DNA from: Lepidodermella squamata | Lineage: Eukaryota; Animalia; Gastrotricha | NCBI GenBank assembly: GCA_047495785.1 | Contig: JBLDXI010000032.1 | Span: forward strand, 3,658,001-3,722,000 | DNA length: 64,000 nucleotides | Direction: 5' to 3' | Part shown: positions 37,124-51,141 of the stretch, piece after piece | How the letters are laid out: each line of letters starts with the position of its first letter | Numbering within the stretch: position 1 is the first letter of the stretch | The notes under the pieces: generated by a model | What the model was told of the DNA's origin: nothing | The model's input: only the letters and a program-made list of their open reading frames with translations | The model's database searches: none | Made by a program: the position numbers and the translations under genes

Positions 37124-37845
37124 ACATTGTCTGTGATAACTGAAACGTATTTTTCATCAATAAAACGATCATTTCAAATTTATCGAGTTTGTTTTATTTC
37201 TTTCCGCGAGAATCGCTTTCTTTCGTTTTCCATTTGACAATAAAGAGTGAAACAATTTACGTTTTCTGAAAGAATAATTTTAGTAATAATAATTTTATAC
37301 AAAAAACAAAGTTACAACGAGATGTTGTCAGTTGCGGCGCGAAGGAAGCAAAAAACAGCGCCTTCGCCTAGCAACAGTAGTAAAGATTCATTTGATGTTA
37401 ACGATTCAACGGTTAACACGCATGTTATTACGCATAGCAACGTGAAATTCCTCGAGAAGGACGACGGAAATTAAAACAATGAGAACTACTGTAATAAGAC
37501 GATCGCTAATTTCTAACAACAATCATTTTCGGAGATAAAAACCAGCTAAATCGATCCGCCTTTTCTCTAGTGCTCGTTTTTATTGCAACGGGCCGATGGG
37601 CGGGAGAATAAAAATATAGACCAACAATATTTAAACACAATAAATGCGTTTCAAATCTTCAAGTTTTCAACTTCAACGAGTGTTCACGGAGAAGCAGAGC
37701 CGAGCGAGAGGTAAAATCACTGATAAAACTAAGTTTTTCATCTCTAATAATATAATAACGATAAAACAATAATTAATTTCACTGTAAACAATAGTGTCAG
37801 TCATTTTTAGCACACGTAAGCTTGATTGTGTTTGAGGAGCGCTTC

Positions 37846-40800
37846 TCATCGCCCGGATCCGGTCACAGCGATCGGCGCTGGAATAGCCGAGTGGCCGGGC
37901 GAGAGGCGTGGTAGCCGAGATTGAGGGACAGGAATTGCCGGTGTCGATGTAGCCAGCGGCGAGCTAGGCGTGACGTTGCCACTGCTGTTGTTTGACCCTA
38001 GTGGTACGCTATTTTGACCACTTGCCGGCTGGTGCGAAGACGCAGATGACGTTGAAACAGTCGCCGTCCGCCTGATGATAGCACTTGGCTTCATGATGTT
38101 CGAAACCGAGGTTTGCGGTTTCAACAGACCGCTAGGTTTTGAGCTTGAAATCGGGGCTGGACTGGTCGAAGAATGGTGACTGCCGGAGTTGCTCGCCGGC
38201 CCGGGCGACGACGGCTCACTGACCTGGAGAGTCGCGATCGGGCTGTTACTCCTCGCCGTGTTAGCGGCACCAGACTTCGCAACAACGACATGGACTTTCG
38301 TGACGTGGTGCGGTAACGCTGACCCGGCCGAGCTTGGTTTCGTGTAAATCGGCGCTTTGCCCGTCGCTGGGGTGACCCGCGCCGTTTGAGGACTAGGAAC
38401 CGGCACGAAGCCGACATGGCCGTTCGATGTTGCGACCACCAGCTCGTTGCTATGGTCATTCTCCGTTTGCGTAGCCTCTGCCTTCACCGATTTGCTATCA
38501 GTGTTAGTAGAGGCCGTTGAGCAGGGAGTCGGCGGAGGTACTTCCTTCTGTTGTTCTAACAAGGCATTTTGCTGCGACAGTAGCTTTTGAAGGGTATCAA
38601 TGACTTGAGATCGGTTGGCAAGCTCCTTCTCGAGTTCGGCCACTCTCAGTTGTAACTCCGTTACAGCGCCCGCATTCTTGTCTTCGACTTCCTGAAAACA
38701 AATAGAATTTAAATAAATTGAAGTAATTTGAAACTCTAAATGAGCGTAAAAAAATTCCTCCTTAAAATTATTTATGATGCGACAAGTTGAATATTTTTCA
38801 AATTACTAACCTCGGTTTCAGTCATGGCGTCTGATTTCGGCACAGGCTCGTCATGCTCGGGCTGTTCGATGATGTGACCGCGTAGCTGCTCGACGAGGGT
38901 TCGAATGGACGCGACATTGAAGCTCAACTCTTCGATGCTGTGCGGGTCGATGTTGGCGTTCATGCTCATGCTCATCTGGTTGTGATGGCTATTCGATGGC
39001 CGATCTTTGCCGGGCGAGGGTCGTTTGGCGGCCGGCGCCGACGCTTTCCTAGGGCCGTCCGTTGCTCTGAGGGTAGTATTAACACAAGCTTTCATCATCT
39101 CGTACAAAAATAACCGATTGCTAAATAATGATAGTTTTGCAAACTGTTTGACATTTCGGACCTCGCGACTGCAATAAATAAAAATGCAGAGAGCTCAAAG
39201 AAAAGAAACTACCCCCTTTCAAATACAAATAGCACAGAGCAACTGGGAGAAATTGAATAATACGCACATATATTATGTGGCTTTAATAATATTGTAATAT
39301 TGAAGAAATGGGCTCGCGCTGTTATTCATTGAATAAAAGTCATCATAATAATAACGGGGCGCGATATTATATAGCAGGACGGGACGAGGGGACCGCAACT
39401 CCCAGTTGTCTCTCCAAGTCGTCATCTGCGCTTTGTCTCATTTCGCAAATGCGTGAGCGCCAGCTAGTGGTCTTTTCATGCGCGCAAGATTTGCCAGCAG
39501 CAGCAGTGAAAAATCGATATATCTCAGTGATTCGCGCGCGCGCATATGGACAAGTATTTTTAGGTATCTGGGCGCGGCGCCAGCGGCTAAACCAAACCTA
39601 AGCTCCAACCGGCCCCTTATATATTCGAGATATTTGAGTTATGTGTGCCCGTAATTCAACTATGCGCTCGTCCCTCGGCTCCGCGTCAAACAAGATAGTG
39701 GTCCCTAATTTGCATGTGTTGTCGTTCCATCGGACAACAAACGAGAAAAACATCAAGCGGAGACTCTGAATGCCGCCTCGTAGCAGCTAAAAACTACCTC
39801 GAAATCTGTGTGTGATTCGATGACGACACGCCTCATTTGCAATTGCGTGTGAAAGAAGACGCGCCAAGAATTAATAAATCGATAGCCGGCGAAATTGTAG
39901 CGGGTAAGCGGAAAATTATACCCGGTATAATGACCAGAACATTCTCTCAAGATGCGCACATTTATAATAGCGGTAAATAATACAAATTATGGATTAACGC
40001 AACGCTTCAGCCTACGCGCAGCGTCTCATAGATTGTTCTTAGCATTGCGAAAACCCTTCAAAATTGAATAAATCAGGGGAATCGTGCAATTTCTAGCGAA
40101 TTTGGCTTCTTGAAATTGCTCAGCAATTCTCAGCCTAAAAATGATTTTATTAAGCTGAAACTTGAACTTACTCATCGTCATCGCTTGTTTTCGTTGGATC
40201 TTCGACTGCCGATCCGAGGGTAGCTTCGCTATTTCCAAATGTCATATCGGTCATTGTTGATCCAAGCATAGCGCTTGGATCAGTTCCAGGCGTTTGCCCC
40301 TGGTCGACTTGATCGGTATTCGTGCTGCTATTGACAGCAGTCGATTCCTTATTCGCATGATTATGGCAATAGATACAAGAACCCGGCGTTTGGGTCTTCA
40401 AGGCCGGCGAGTAATTAGTCGAAGTTGCCGAGGCGTTCGCAGCCGAATCGGCGTGGACAGCCGTCCGAGGCGGCGCGTTCGATAGCAAACAGGTCGAAGT
40501 TGAAACCGGAATTTGGCGCAAATCCAGCGAGTACGATTGGCGCATGCACGTCGACGTGATGCACTGCTCGTCGGCCAGATTTTGTAGAAACCTCGCAAAA
40601 TCCATCATTTGCGCACCCTTTTCCACGGTTATCGACGACAAATCAACTTCATCGTCAACGTCATCATCGGCCGCTGAATTTTTGACATTGTGATTATTGC
40701 TGTTATTGTTGTTATTTCCAGGCAGCTGCTCCATCCCTGGTGTGTTGAAGCCGCTGATCGATAAATTAGTGTCCAGGGAGTCGACTTTCGCCAACGGAGC

Positions 40801-43800
40801 AACACGCGGCAATAGAGTCGCCATTTTATCAGGTGTACCGAGTTTATTGAAGTTATTATTGGCACCGACTGAAATTGTAATCGAGTTGTTTTTCGGAGTA
40901 GCAGCGCTCGCTTGGGTCGATTTTCGAGCAGCCGGGGGCGGGCTCGGTACGACCAGCGATTTGGCTAACAGGCGCGTTTCTAAACTTTCGACACTCGATG
41001 GCGTTAGGAGTTCGCCTGGACCTTGCTCAGCCTGTTGTTTCGCTACGTTCGCAGAATTGTTATTACTGTTAAGAGGCTGGCCAAAACTAGTCGGCGATCG
41101 TAATCGAGATCCAGCCAAGTTCCCGTTAATTACTGGACCAGCAGTTGGAGTCTGCTGCTGCTGCTGATTTTGTTGTTGAGAAAGCGGAGGCTTCGAAAAT
41201 CGAGGTCTAGAAAAAAACAAAATGAGACGGTTATTCAACGTTAAGTCGGATCAAACGCTTAGATAATTAAAAACTCAATTACGAGAGTTACATTTTAGAC
41301 ATGGTATTTAATGGATCCTTGCGCATTGACTCGGCAGATGCCAGAGAACCAGAGGAAGATATTACCGAAAGTAATTAACGCGAGAGATTCAGCTGGCAGA
41401 TAACGCCATCATAGACTTTGGAAAAACTGGCCACGGTCTGGCTTCATTATCATATAGAGCTACGTTTTTTCAGCATATCTCATTTCAGCTGTATACAAGT
41501 GTGAGTGAGTTCACTTTTTATACAATATTTGTAATATTATTAATATTATTATACTGGAATGAAATTATTTTTTCTACGCGCGTGTAATGTGTATATAGAT
41601 GGCACGAGTATATCACATTGCCAAAAAGCCTATACCGCTGGTCTTTGGCCTATTGGACTACTAAACAGAGTAACGCGGTGTGAAAAATGCTGCGAGAACG
41701 TTATAATGATGTAATAAAGGGATGAAAAAACGTCGATTCATTCGGGTGCATACCTAAAGTACCTATACCGGGCCTCGAGGGCTTTGCAGAGGGATCGCTC
41801 ACAATAGAAAGCAAGATAATTAATATTAAAATTAGCTCAGGCTTTTGTATCAAAAAGCCAAAGATGACCGCGTGTTATTTACAATAACGTCGAGGTGCGT
41901 ATAAATTAATCATTGCGATAAAATTGAAGATCGCGACCTTGGTTCAAAGGCGAGAAATAAATAATAAACAAAGTCACGGTTGTCAGGCGACTGGCTGGCC
42001 GTAATCTAGAAGGGAAGAACGCACGCACACCCAATTTTTCACCGAGCGGAAAAGGGTAAACAAAAGCCAAGTGTGATCATGATCCTGTGCGTATTATTAC
42101 AGCCCGGGCAGGTGTAATACGATCGGCCAGGTAAGTATATCGTGGGAGGCAAACACTTACGCGTAATTATTTATCGTGCTCGTAGAGCCCTGGTTGTGAC
42201 ACTGCACGGTTAGGCTTATACGAGTCGAACGGGCCGGATTTTTGGCGACACTGCTACGCAGATATTTGCGGTTGTTGTTGTTATTATGGCTGGAGAAACG
42301 ATGAACAGCAGCCGCGTTTCTACGCCGCGCAGTTATTATTTGCTCGTGATGATGACCACTACTATCATCGACGGCGGAATCTGCCTTAAAACGCCAGTTA
42401 GCCGCAGTATCCAGAGGCGCCGATGGTGGAAGTGGTGCTGGTGATGCCATATGAGGCAGACCACGGGCGGAAAACAACAAGAAACGTGAAGAAACGCGTT
42501 TACTCACGAATTATTTATAAGCGCATCAATATAAATATCGCATTAGATTTCAAGTAACTGGCGATGAGAGAAGCACTCCAGCGGAACTCTATGCACAATG
42601 TTTTCCTTAAGACCCGTTTTTCTCATGACGAGAGATGCGAAATGACACTGGAAAAAACCGCTAGTAGGCGAAAAACATTCAGTGCCCTTTGAACAAAAGA
42701 CGCACCCAAGAAGCAGCGATGTAATAATTAACATTATTTTTTTGAAGTAAAGCGAGATGTTGCCTTGAAATGTTTGCGCAAGCGGCTTCCGCGCTTGGTA
42801 AATATCTGGCTATATTAAGCCTATATTATATTATCATTATTTTGAGCGGCCAAGCTATATTAGGCGTGACATTTTTGGGTACTGCACCCAGGAGGAAATA
42901 GTATTACAGCCATGATTGATATTATCATTTGCTGGGACTAATAAATTACGCAAAATTTGCAAGTCTTTAAATTATGACGCGGCAAGTTTCATCCCAAAGA
43001 TTTATATTTAGCGATATGTTTATACATAAACAAAACGCCTTCTAAATAGCAAAATAGTAATGAATTGACCGTGTAATAGATTCATATTACAGCTCAAAAG
43101 GGACAGTTGGAAAAAACAAAATATGAGAATGTACAAAATGAAATATGTCGTTTTCAAGAAAATAGAAATTATGACGACGACACGCTGGTGTGGCAAAAAT
43201 TATAGGAATAAATCTCCGCACGAGAGCCGTCATCGGGAAAATAAAATTTGTTAAAGATAATGAGCTCGTGCGTAAACACTGCGACCGCTTTTCGACGTCG
43301 CGCGTAATCAAATGAAAATAAAAACAATAATTTTGGCAGGCTAATAGTAATAGCCGCTAAAACACGGGTGAAAAACCGAAAAAATACAGCTGTAGCTAAC
43401 ACCTCGAGTGAGATATTATATATCGCCGCAATATAATTTGAAGGTAGGCACTCGGAACATGCGTCAACAATGGTGGCGAAAAGCCAGGGAGTAGATAGAG
43501 GCAAATGTGCGAGCACGCGAATGCGAAACGGTCGAGAGCTTAAATAAATAGACACTGCGAGCAGCACCAAAGGTCCAGAAAACACTACCATTAGAACGAT
43601 GATGATATATATAGCGAAATCTCAGCCCGCATCTCTATTGCACATGTGCATGAAGGCCCGTGTATTGTTATAACACTTTCTTTCGCATTACACGGCTCTC
43701 TTGAACGCGGTCGAGCGGCTTCAAAGCAACGCTAAGAACAACGCACGCAGAGAACGGTTGTTAAGGAAACGAAAAGCTAGCTAGCTTAATAAACGCAGCA

Positions 43801-45657
43801 ACGAAATCCACCCATCCAACCGAAGCCGCTGCAAAGGGCGGTGAGCAGAGGTTTTAAGGTGGCTACACAATGTGTACGCAAATAATATCGGTGGGGCGAG
43901 AGCAATAATTATTAAAGCGGTTCTTGAGCGCAGCTTTATAGCACTCGAGATGTACTGTGATCTTGTAAGCTATTTAATTATGAGGATGAAGAAGGCGAGA
44001 CGCGTTTTATTCGCAGCACAAACAGCCCAGCGCGCAAAGGCACGCAAACCTGCTATACACAGCTTTCACCCTCACGCCCCACTAGTACTCCTGTGCGAAT
44101 TAGGCTGGTGTGATTAATTTAATTGTTAAATATTTTATTACTGAGCAGCAGCTCAAAGGTTTCGCCTAAATTATCATATCGCATGCCTACGATCACGTTC
44201 CATTACATCAAGGCAGAGGGCTCGGTAATAGGTGATCGAATCTAATCACCGACTACATAATATTAGTCTGAATCGTTCACTTCGATTCAATCGGCCCATT
44301 AAAAATGGTGATCAAAATTCATTTTAATGCCGTAAAAAAACGTGATAAATTTGCCTAATACTTATCTAATCGAAGAAAATTAGGGTATATAAGCAATATC
44401 CTTAATGAAGACTAAAATATTATTTAATGAGTTAAATCGCGACAAACTGGTATAACCGAAAATTTTTCTACTCCAGTTCGAAATTTAGAATTTCATAGAT
44501 TATTACATTAAAACGCTGCATTTATTAAGGTAACATCGGTATAAATAATTCAATCTTAATACTCACCTAAAAATGAAACCAGGCGCAGGGGAAGGCGTTT
44601 CATCTGGCTTAGACGCCGAATTCGGCACAGCAGCGGGTGGCTTGTCCGACGGGAAAGGGTTGACAGACGGGGAGGCAGTGGCAGGGGAAGCAGGCCGGCT
44701 GGACGTCGGCGCGCGCGGCTTCACGTACGGATTCGTCGCCGGCAAAGCTGAGGTTGACCGATGGTTGTAAGAAATCGAAGTCGAAGAGCTGGTTGTCATC
44801 AAGGCGTTTCCAGACTGTTGCATGATATTGTTATTCAGCGAATTGGAAGAGTCGGGAGGAGACAGCGGGGTTGGCACACTGATTCCGGACAGAACTCCCG
44901 GGCTCATGGTTGTACTGAAATCAGCCGAAACCATCGCAGGTAAATAAGTCGGGCGGTGAACAGTCGATGTTGACGAGGTAATGACTGTAGTTGTCGAAGT
45001 AGCAGCGACTAATAACGGAACATTGGAATTGGGACTGCTGTTAACCAGCGAAGAAGATGAGATCATATGATTAGGCGAGTGAGTTGCACTCGTCGCTATA
45101 GATACCGGCGCAGTTGAGTCGGCCGCCTTAACAGATGGCTGTTTCGACGAATTCGCATTCAGATTAGAAGTTGAGATTTGATTCGAGGGGTGATGTTGGA
45201 ATTTCGCGAGGAATTTTCCGAAACCAAATCGGCTGTGGCTACCAGTCGGTTCGACAACTGGTTTTGGAGGCTCAGGCTTCATCGGCTTCTCCTTTTCCTT
45301 CTTCTTGTCTTTTTTGGAGGTGAAAATGCTTTTCGAAGACTTTGCCGGTTGTTTCGAGTTTTCCTTCGGTGAAACGCTGCTGTTATTGCTAGTCACTGTA
45401 GTAGCAGGTGAATCACTGCGATCGCTGCTGCTAACGAGCTGGCTCGAGGAATGGCCGCTAGATGACATGACCATTTCGCTGGAATTATTATTAGCATTTC
45501 GGTTGATTTCGTGCAAAGCGCCATCAGCTGACGGCGGAGGCTGTTGCGTCGATGTGACGATTGTTTTAGGCGGTTTTATTTTCGACAGCCCGAACGAGAA
45601 GCGAAACGCTGACGACGACGGGTGGGGAATTTTCGATTCAGGCACCGACGCACTCAT
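37846..45657 (-). CDS. Large Ser/Pro/Asn-rich disordered protein with SxIP/SxLP motifs and a coiled coil (exons ~45657-44567, 41206-40172, 39120-38811, 38691-37846)
   Basis: Four long ORFs separated by GT-AG introns; I checked the first two junctions as in frame (FR/PRF, DD/NRLFLYEMM). Motifs SKIP at the N-terminus and SRLP and SAIP at the C-terminus. Further 5' exons are possible. Confidence 0.7.
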
Positions 45658-46738
45658 CTCACATGCAATATGATGATTAAAAACCTATCGAGCAGATGCG
45701 GAAAAAACATTGAAGGGATTCTTATTCACACAAAACTTGGCAACCCATTTCAATTACGTCGGTGTGTATACATGTGTTGTGTGAAAATTCGCACTTGGCT
45801 ATTTGACTTCACGCGGCCGAAAATAATTGAAAAGGCTATCTCTGTACACTATCAAAGCTACAAGCCGGGTTTTTACCGCATGACCGCTTTCCATGAAAAA
45901 CATAGATTCAGAATATAGCCATAACTGAGAACCTTTTGCAAAAAAAAATAAGTTGAACAAGAGAACGAGGGAAATTCCGGAAATTGAAAATCGAATAATA
46001 TATAAACAGCAAACCAGCATTCAGAATTTTTAGAATGAAGGGAATGGCCGCTATCCGTTAATCAGTAAAAGACAAAAATATCACAAGAAAAGGTAACCGC
46101 CGCAGCCCAACACTCTTTTGCACTGGTCATCTGTGAGCCGCTAGAAAGGGATCGTTTTTACGCGATAAGTCCCCGGGATTATAAGAAAAAATATTTAAAC
46201 AATTCTCCAGCAGCACAGAAATATTGTTTCAAATTTTCAAAAGCATTTCTAAAAATCCGACACAAAATGTGGAAAGAGGCAGTATGAAATGAGGCGTGTT
46301 GTGATTTAAAAGGCAACACGCCCGTGTTTAGGCGCCATTATTTTTCGAAAAATGACGAAGATTTCGCCTGTTGTCAGCAAATAAAACAGCAATGTCAACA
46401 AAACAAATTGCTTTGGGCCAGCCACAACACAATTAGCATATAAATACTGCTACATCGATGCACTAGCTCGTGCTCGCATAGAGCAAGGAGACAAAGCCAA
46501 CGGCGTCCGTTGTCGCTTCACAAAAATGCATTATCAGCGCGTGAAAAATTGAAATAAAGCCATCAACAAAACAGGCGAGCGCGCGTTTGCTGGGAGCGAA
46601 GAACAAGCGGTGAGAAGGAATCACGTGGCTTTTCGCACAATCAGAACGTGAAAATATTTAATTCTGTTATTATTAGCCGCAAAAAGTCTCCGGGCGGTGG
46701 CGCATGCTCGCCTTGATTAAGGTGGATAGTTTTTGCGA

Positions 46739-46754
46739 CGCGCGCGCGCGCGCG
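46739..46754. repeat. (CG)8 alternating tract within a short palindrome
   Basis: TTTTGCGA CGCGCGCGCGCGCGCG AAAA read directly. Confidence 0.9.
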
Positions 46755-49700
46755 AAAAGCTTATTATAAATAGCTGCAAAAACAACACAACGCAGCGAAA
46801 AAGCCATAAATGTCAAGTCGATATTTCGGGCGGGCCGCGAAACACGTTTTTCGCGCGCAAAATAATTGCGCGACATTGCAAGGTAAAAATCTGTAAAACA
46901 ACAATAACAACAAAACCACGCCAGCAGATACCCACCATAAAAGCACACAATAACGATGTATTTTTATTATTGAATTAATATTGAAATAACGGGCGCGCAT
47001 ACCAGACACATCACGGTATCTGACCATAGCTATGCTGTACCATGAATAAACTAATAATTTGTATTATAAATACAAACAGGTGGGCGCTGTTGAACCGAAC
47101 TTACGGTAAACGAGTGCCTGTTGTTTCCACTGAATTATTGCAAAACACATGTTGAGTATATTAGAGATCAGAGAAGATGATGTAATTATTGTTAGTAAGT
47201 AAGGGAGCAGGTCGTTAATATTACCTAGTTTTCTCCCTCAGGTGGAAAACGTAAACAAAAGCCACAACTCTTAGCCGAAGCATGATAAAAGCGTACGAAG
47301 CCGTATAAGTTACAATAAACAAAAACAAACCAATCTAGCTAACTATAGCTCATCTTGAAAACAAGCCTTGTGGCAAATTTTTCCAGCTAATTTTGCGGTA
47401 GTAGTCAAAAGACGACAAAGGAAGCTGTTTCAATGAAAATATTGTGATGCAGAGCCCAAAAACAAGCAGTTCTTTACATTATCTTTCACGGTCCAAGATG
47501 AGCCATCCTTTCTACATATATTTACAGCAAGACACGAGCGCACGGAGAAAAACGGCTAAAAGGAAGCGTAAGTATTAAGCGGGTTTTTCGCAACGAAGAG
47601 GCGACATATTTCCCATTATGATTATAGTATACAAGCATATGTATGTATAATACGAAAAGCCAACAAGGCGACATGAACGCACGGATGAACATCTAAGATG
47701 GCACGACAGCGCCGTGTTTTTCGCACCTTGGCGCCGAATTATACTAGAGTAGTATGCTTTTTTGGCAGCCGCCTGTCATCACTACAAATATCTGACCACA
47801 GATGCGTGAAAATTGTACACAAAATATGTAATTAAATTCTCTAGGGAGACAAACCACGGTCCGAACAAAACAAACATATCAATTAACTGCAAATGTAATA
47901 ATGAAGCGCGTCCGATCACGAATTTTCACACAGGCGAAAAAACAGGAAGTTAGGCAGAAAAATCCGACCGCTGCTGACCAAAATTTCGATAATTATAGTA
48001 ATATTATTAGAAAATCCGATGCTGGCAGAGATAGATAGGATAAGGCAAATATACACTGCGGTGAATTTGTATAGTAATAATGCAGCATGACCACATTTAG
48101 TCTACGCATCATCAATTTGTAGAGCATTGCTGTAAAGGTATGTCGACGGCGACGAACGTAGAGTAAAATAACAAAATAAAAGAACGTAAGAGACAGGAAA
48201 GGCGAGGGTCTAAATTCGCCTATATATTTATATACCAGAGCGCCGATCTATAACCCGGCATATGAGTTTTGATCGATAAAAAATTGTTCTCGCAATGAAA
48301 CCTATATAATACGCTAAAAACCTTGAGGCCTATAACTACAGCCTCGTGTATTAATGTAGTATTAAATTAGTTTTCGCGCTAATATACACGGGTGTATTTT
48401 GCGTCTTGCGTTCGCCGTAAAGCTGGTCAAAAAAGCGCTGAGTTTCTACCTTTCTATATAATATTATGACATTAAAATCAATATTTTGTAAAAGCGATAT
48501 GTAATGTGCGCATTGGAAAATTCAGGTAAAAAATATGATAATATCCACCTAAAAATTCTTAAAAATACAAGAAGTAATAGCCTAAAACAAAAGAAGCGAT
48601 TGTATTTAAGTACATATTTGCCGTAAGGCAAATAAGTTTTTTTACTCCCTCAAAATTAAGTTACCGGCTTCTAAAAAAATATATCGAAAAGACTTGCATC
48701 CCCCACACAGGAAATGGAAATAGGATGAGGTTGTTGATAAAAATGCTACTAGTCGTTTGCGTTGCTGACGTAATTATTATAAAACATACATCAGGCATCC
48801 GTCTTTTTACTGGCATCAGACGCAGCTTCGGGATGAAATCCAGTACTCGGCAATCAGCTGTGGTGATAAAACTAAGAGCATGAGGTACGCCGCAACTCAA
48901 TAAGTAGGTATGCGAAGTGTAAGAGTAGCAGCAGTAAATCTACGAAATACGGCAACAAAGGGCGACAATCTGCTGAGCGATGAGTGGCCGCAGCGTGAAA
49001 GAGCCGACTTGGGATGATACGCAAACATAAACAGAGCATATGTCATCAATAATCAACAATAAAATAGATAGCGACTCATCGCCGTGCACCAACGCCGGTC
49101 GGCCAATCTCAAATAGAAGAAGACTAATAATCACGGCAATAATGACACAAAATACGCAGACTTCATTTTGTGAATACGAAGCCGACAAATTGCGAATGCG
49201 AATAAAATGAGTGTCGTGAGAGAACGTGTTGGATAGGTGACCCACACCCAGGAGAGAACGCCGCGCCAAGGCCACAAGTTTCTCCCGCAGGAGAGCGTGT
49301 TCTCAAGCGCATTTCAACAACCACCAAACATCGATCCATCTTCAATTTTCAGATAATAGCACAATTGCGTCTAGATTGAAATTATATTGCTCTTGCGATA
49401 TAGACGTCACTTTCGGCCGGTCAGAAAACGGCGCGAGTGTCACCAGAAGATTATTATAAATAAGAGCCCGGTACACACACGTGCAAACAAAACACTTAAA
49501 GCGAGAGCTCGAGAAACAAAGACGCCAACACGGGCGACCCGGAAGACGTGCGCAAAGGTCGTCAGGAAATCATCTTGCATATATATACACAAAAGTTCGA
49601 AACAATTCATCATTTTCAGTAAGTAGTCAGTGTCAAGGTCGAGACAGAGGATTTAAATGAAATCTAAACAGATATTTAATTACACCTTAGCCTTAACTGG

Positions 49701-51141
49701 AAATGTCAAAAAGTTATCACCTTTTAATAATGGCGACAAGTATTTTCTTATTCTCTCTCGAAGGAGCTGTGCTATTGGCTCAAATGCAGATCTCAATATG
49801 ATTCAGCTTAATCGCTTACAGCTCAATTTATTAGTTAAGGGAATAACAATGCGATTTTAAGGCGTCCTTCGAGTAATTGAATAAAAATAATCCGAGTACA
49901 AGCTTCCTGTTCAATTAATGAAGCGGAACTGCTAAGCAAAACTAGCTGAATGAAATTTAGCCAAACAGCCAGCTTAATTTACTAGCGATTAAAACTAGCG
50001 GCGGAATTCAGCAGATGTGTAAACTGTACACCTCGCAGCTCGCGCTTTCATGACAACTCGACATGTGTTGAGAATGAAAAGCCATTGGCGGGACGACGAA
50101 TATAAGGCGCGTTATTTTTATTGCTTCTGCATATCGGCGGCTATCACGACACGCGGATAACAACTCGGGTAAATATTGACGGCGACATTATCAGCGCAAA
50201 TATCAGGTCGCGCCCCTGAAAAAGCGCCCAAGCATTAAACCGCGCCGGATAAAACACCACAGAGAAGCGATAAGGCACTCATCATCATCATCGTAATCAT
50301 CGGCAACGATGCGCGCTTCCTGATGGGGTGAATCGTCGACGACAGCAGCGAAAAACAAGGCGTCATCTACACACGCTAAATCGAATGATAATAATACACA
50401 TGAGCGAAAATTACCGAAAGAGCATGTAGAGACAAGACACACCAGCGTTGCGCTTTACAAGGAGGGATGGCTCTAGTCGAGCAAGCGTTATTGAAATAAA
50501 CAAAATTAAGGCCAGTTCTGCTGGTCAACGCTCCGTCCGCCGCTGTCTCACAAAAACGCGCGTAGATGGACGACGCCATAATCCGATAAAACTGTAATAA
50601 TACGGCAATATAGGCGCATCTTTTGTGGTACCTAATAATGGCCCTTCCGATTATATTACTCTAATAATGGCTTTATAATTGCAAACAGGAAATGCATGGT
50701 CACCGAAAAACGCACAACAAGACACAACAAATACGAGCAAGAACACGCTCAAACATTAGTATGATGATAACAGTAAGAGCATTTCTTAAATAACGCGAAA
50801 TTATCATCACCATAATTGCGAGAAAGATTTTTCGTTATAAAATGCCATCAGAGTTCACACTGTCTGTAGAATGCAGACGATACAAGGACCAAGACATGGG
50901 GATAACTGAACCGAAGATCTGCTTTCCTATCATCAAAAAAGGATTTAACGCGACACGTGTTTGGTGTGGGCTTAAATTTGATGAAAAAACTAATGACATC
51001 GCGAATAGTGTATTTCAAAATTATATTGCTGATGAGCAAATAAACATTATGAGCAGTAGTAGGGGGAAACAAAATTATCGATTGTTGTGTCGGGACACTT
51101 ATCTTCTCACTTTCAGTTTATTTACTGTTATATTTATTCGA

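Noticed and set aside
41300-51100. Numerous short ORFs (e.g. 42157-42507, 43169-43591, 48940-49275, 50842-51273)
   Set aside because: No domains or coding-like composition; consistent with intron and upstream regulatory DNA. An alternative first exon cannot be excluded.
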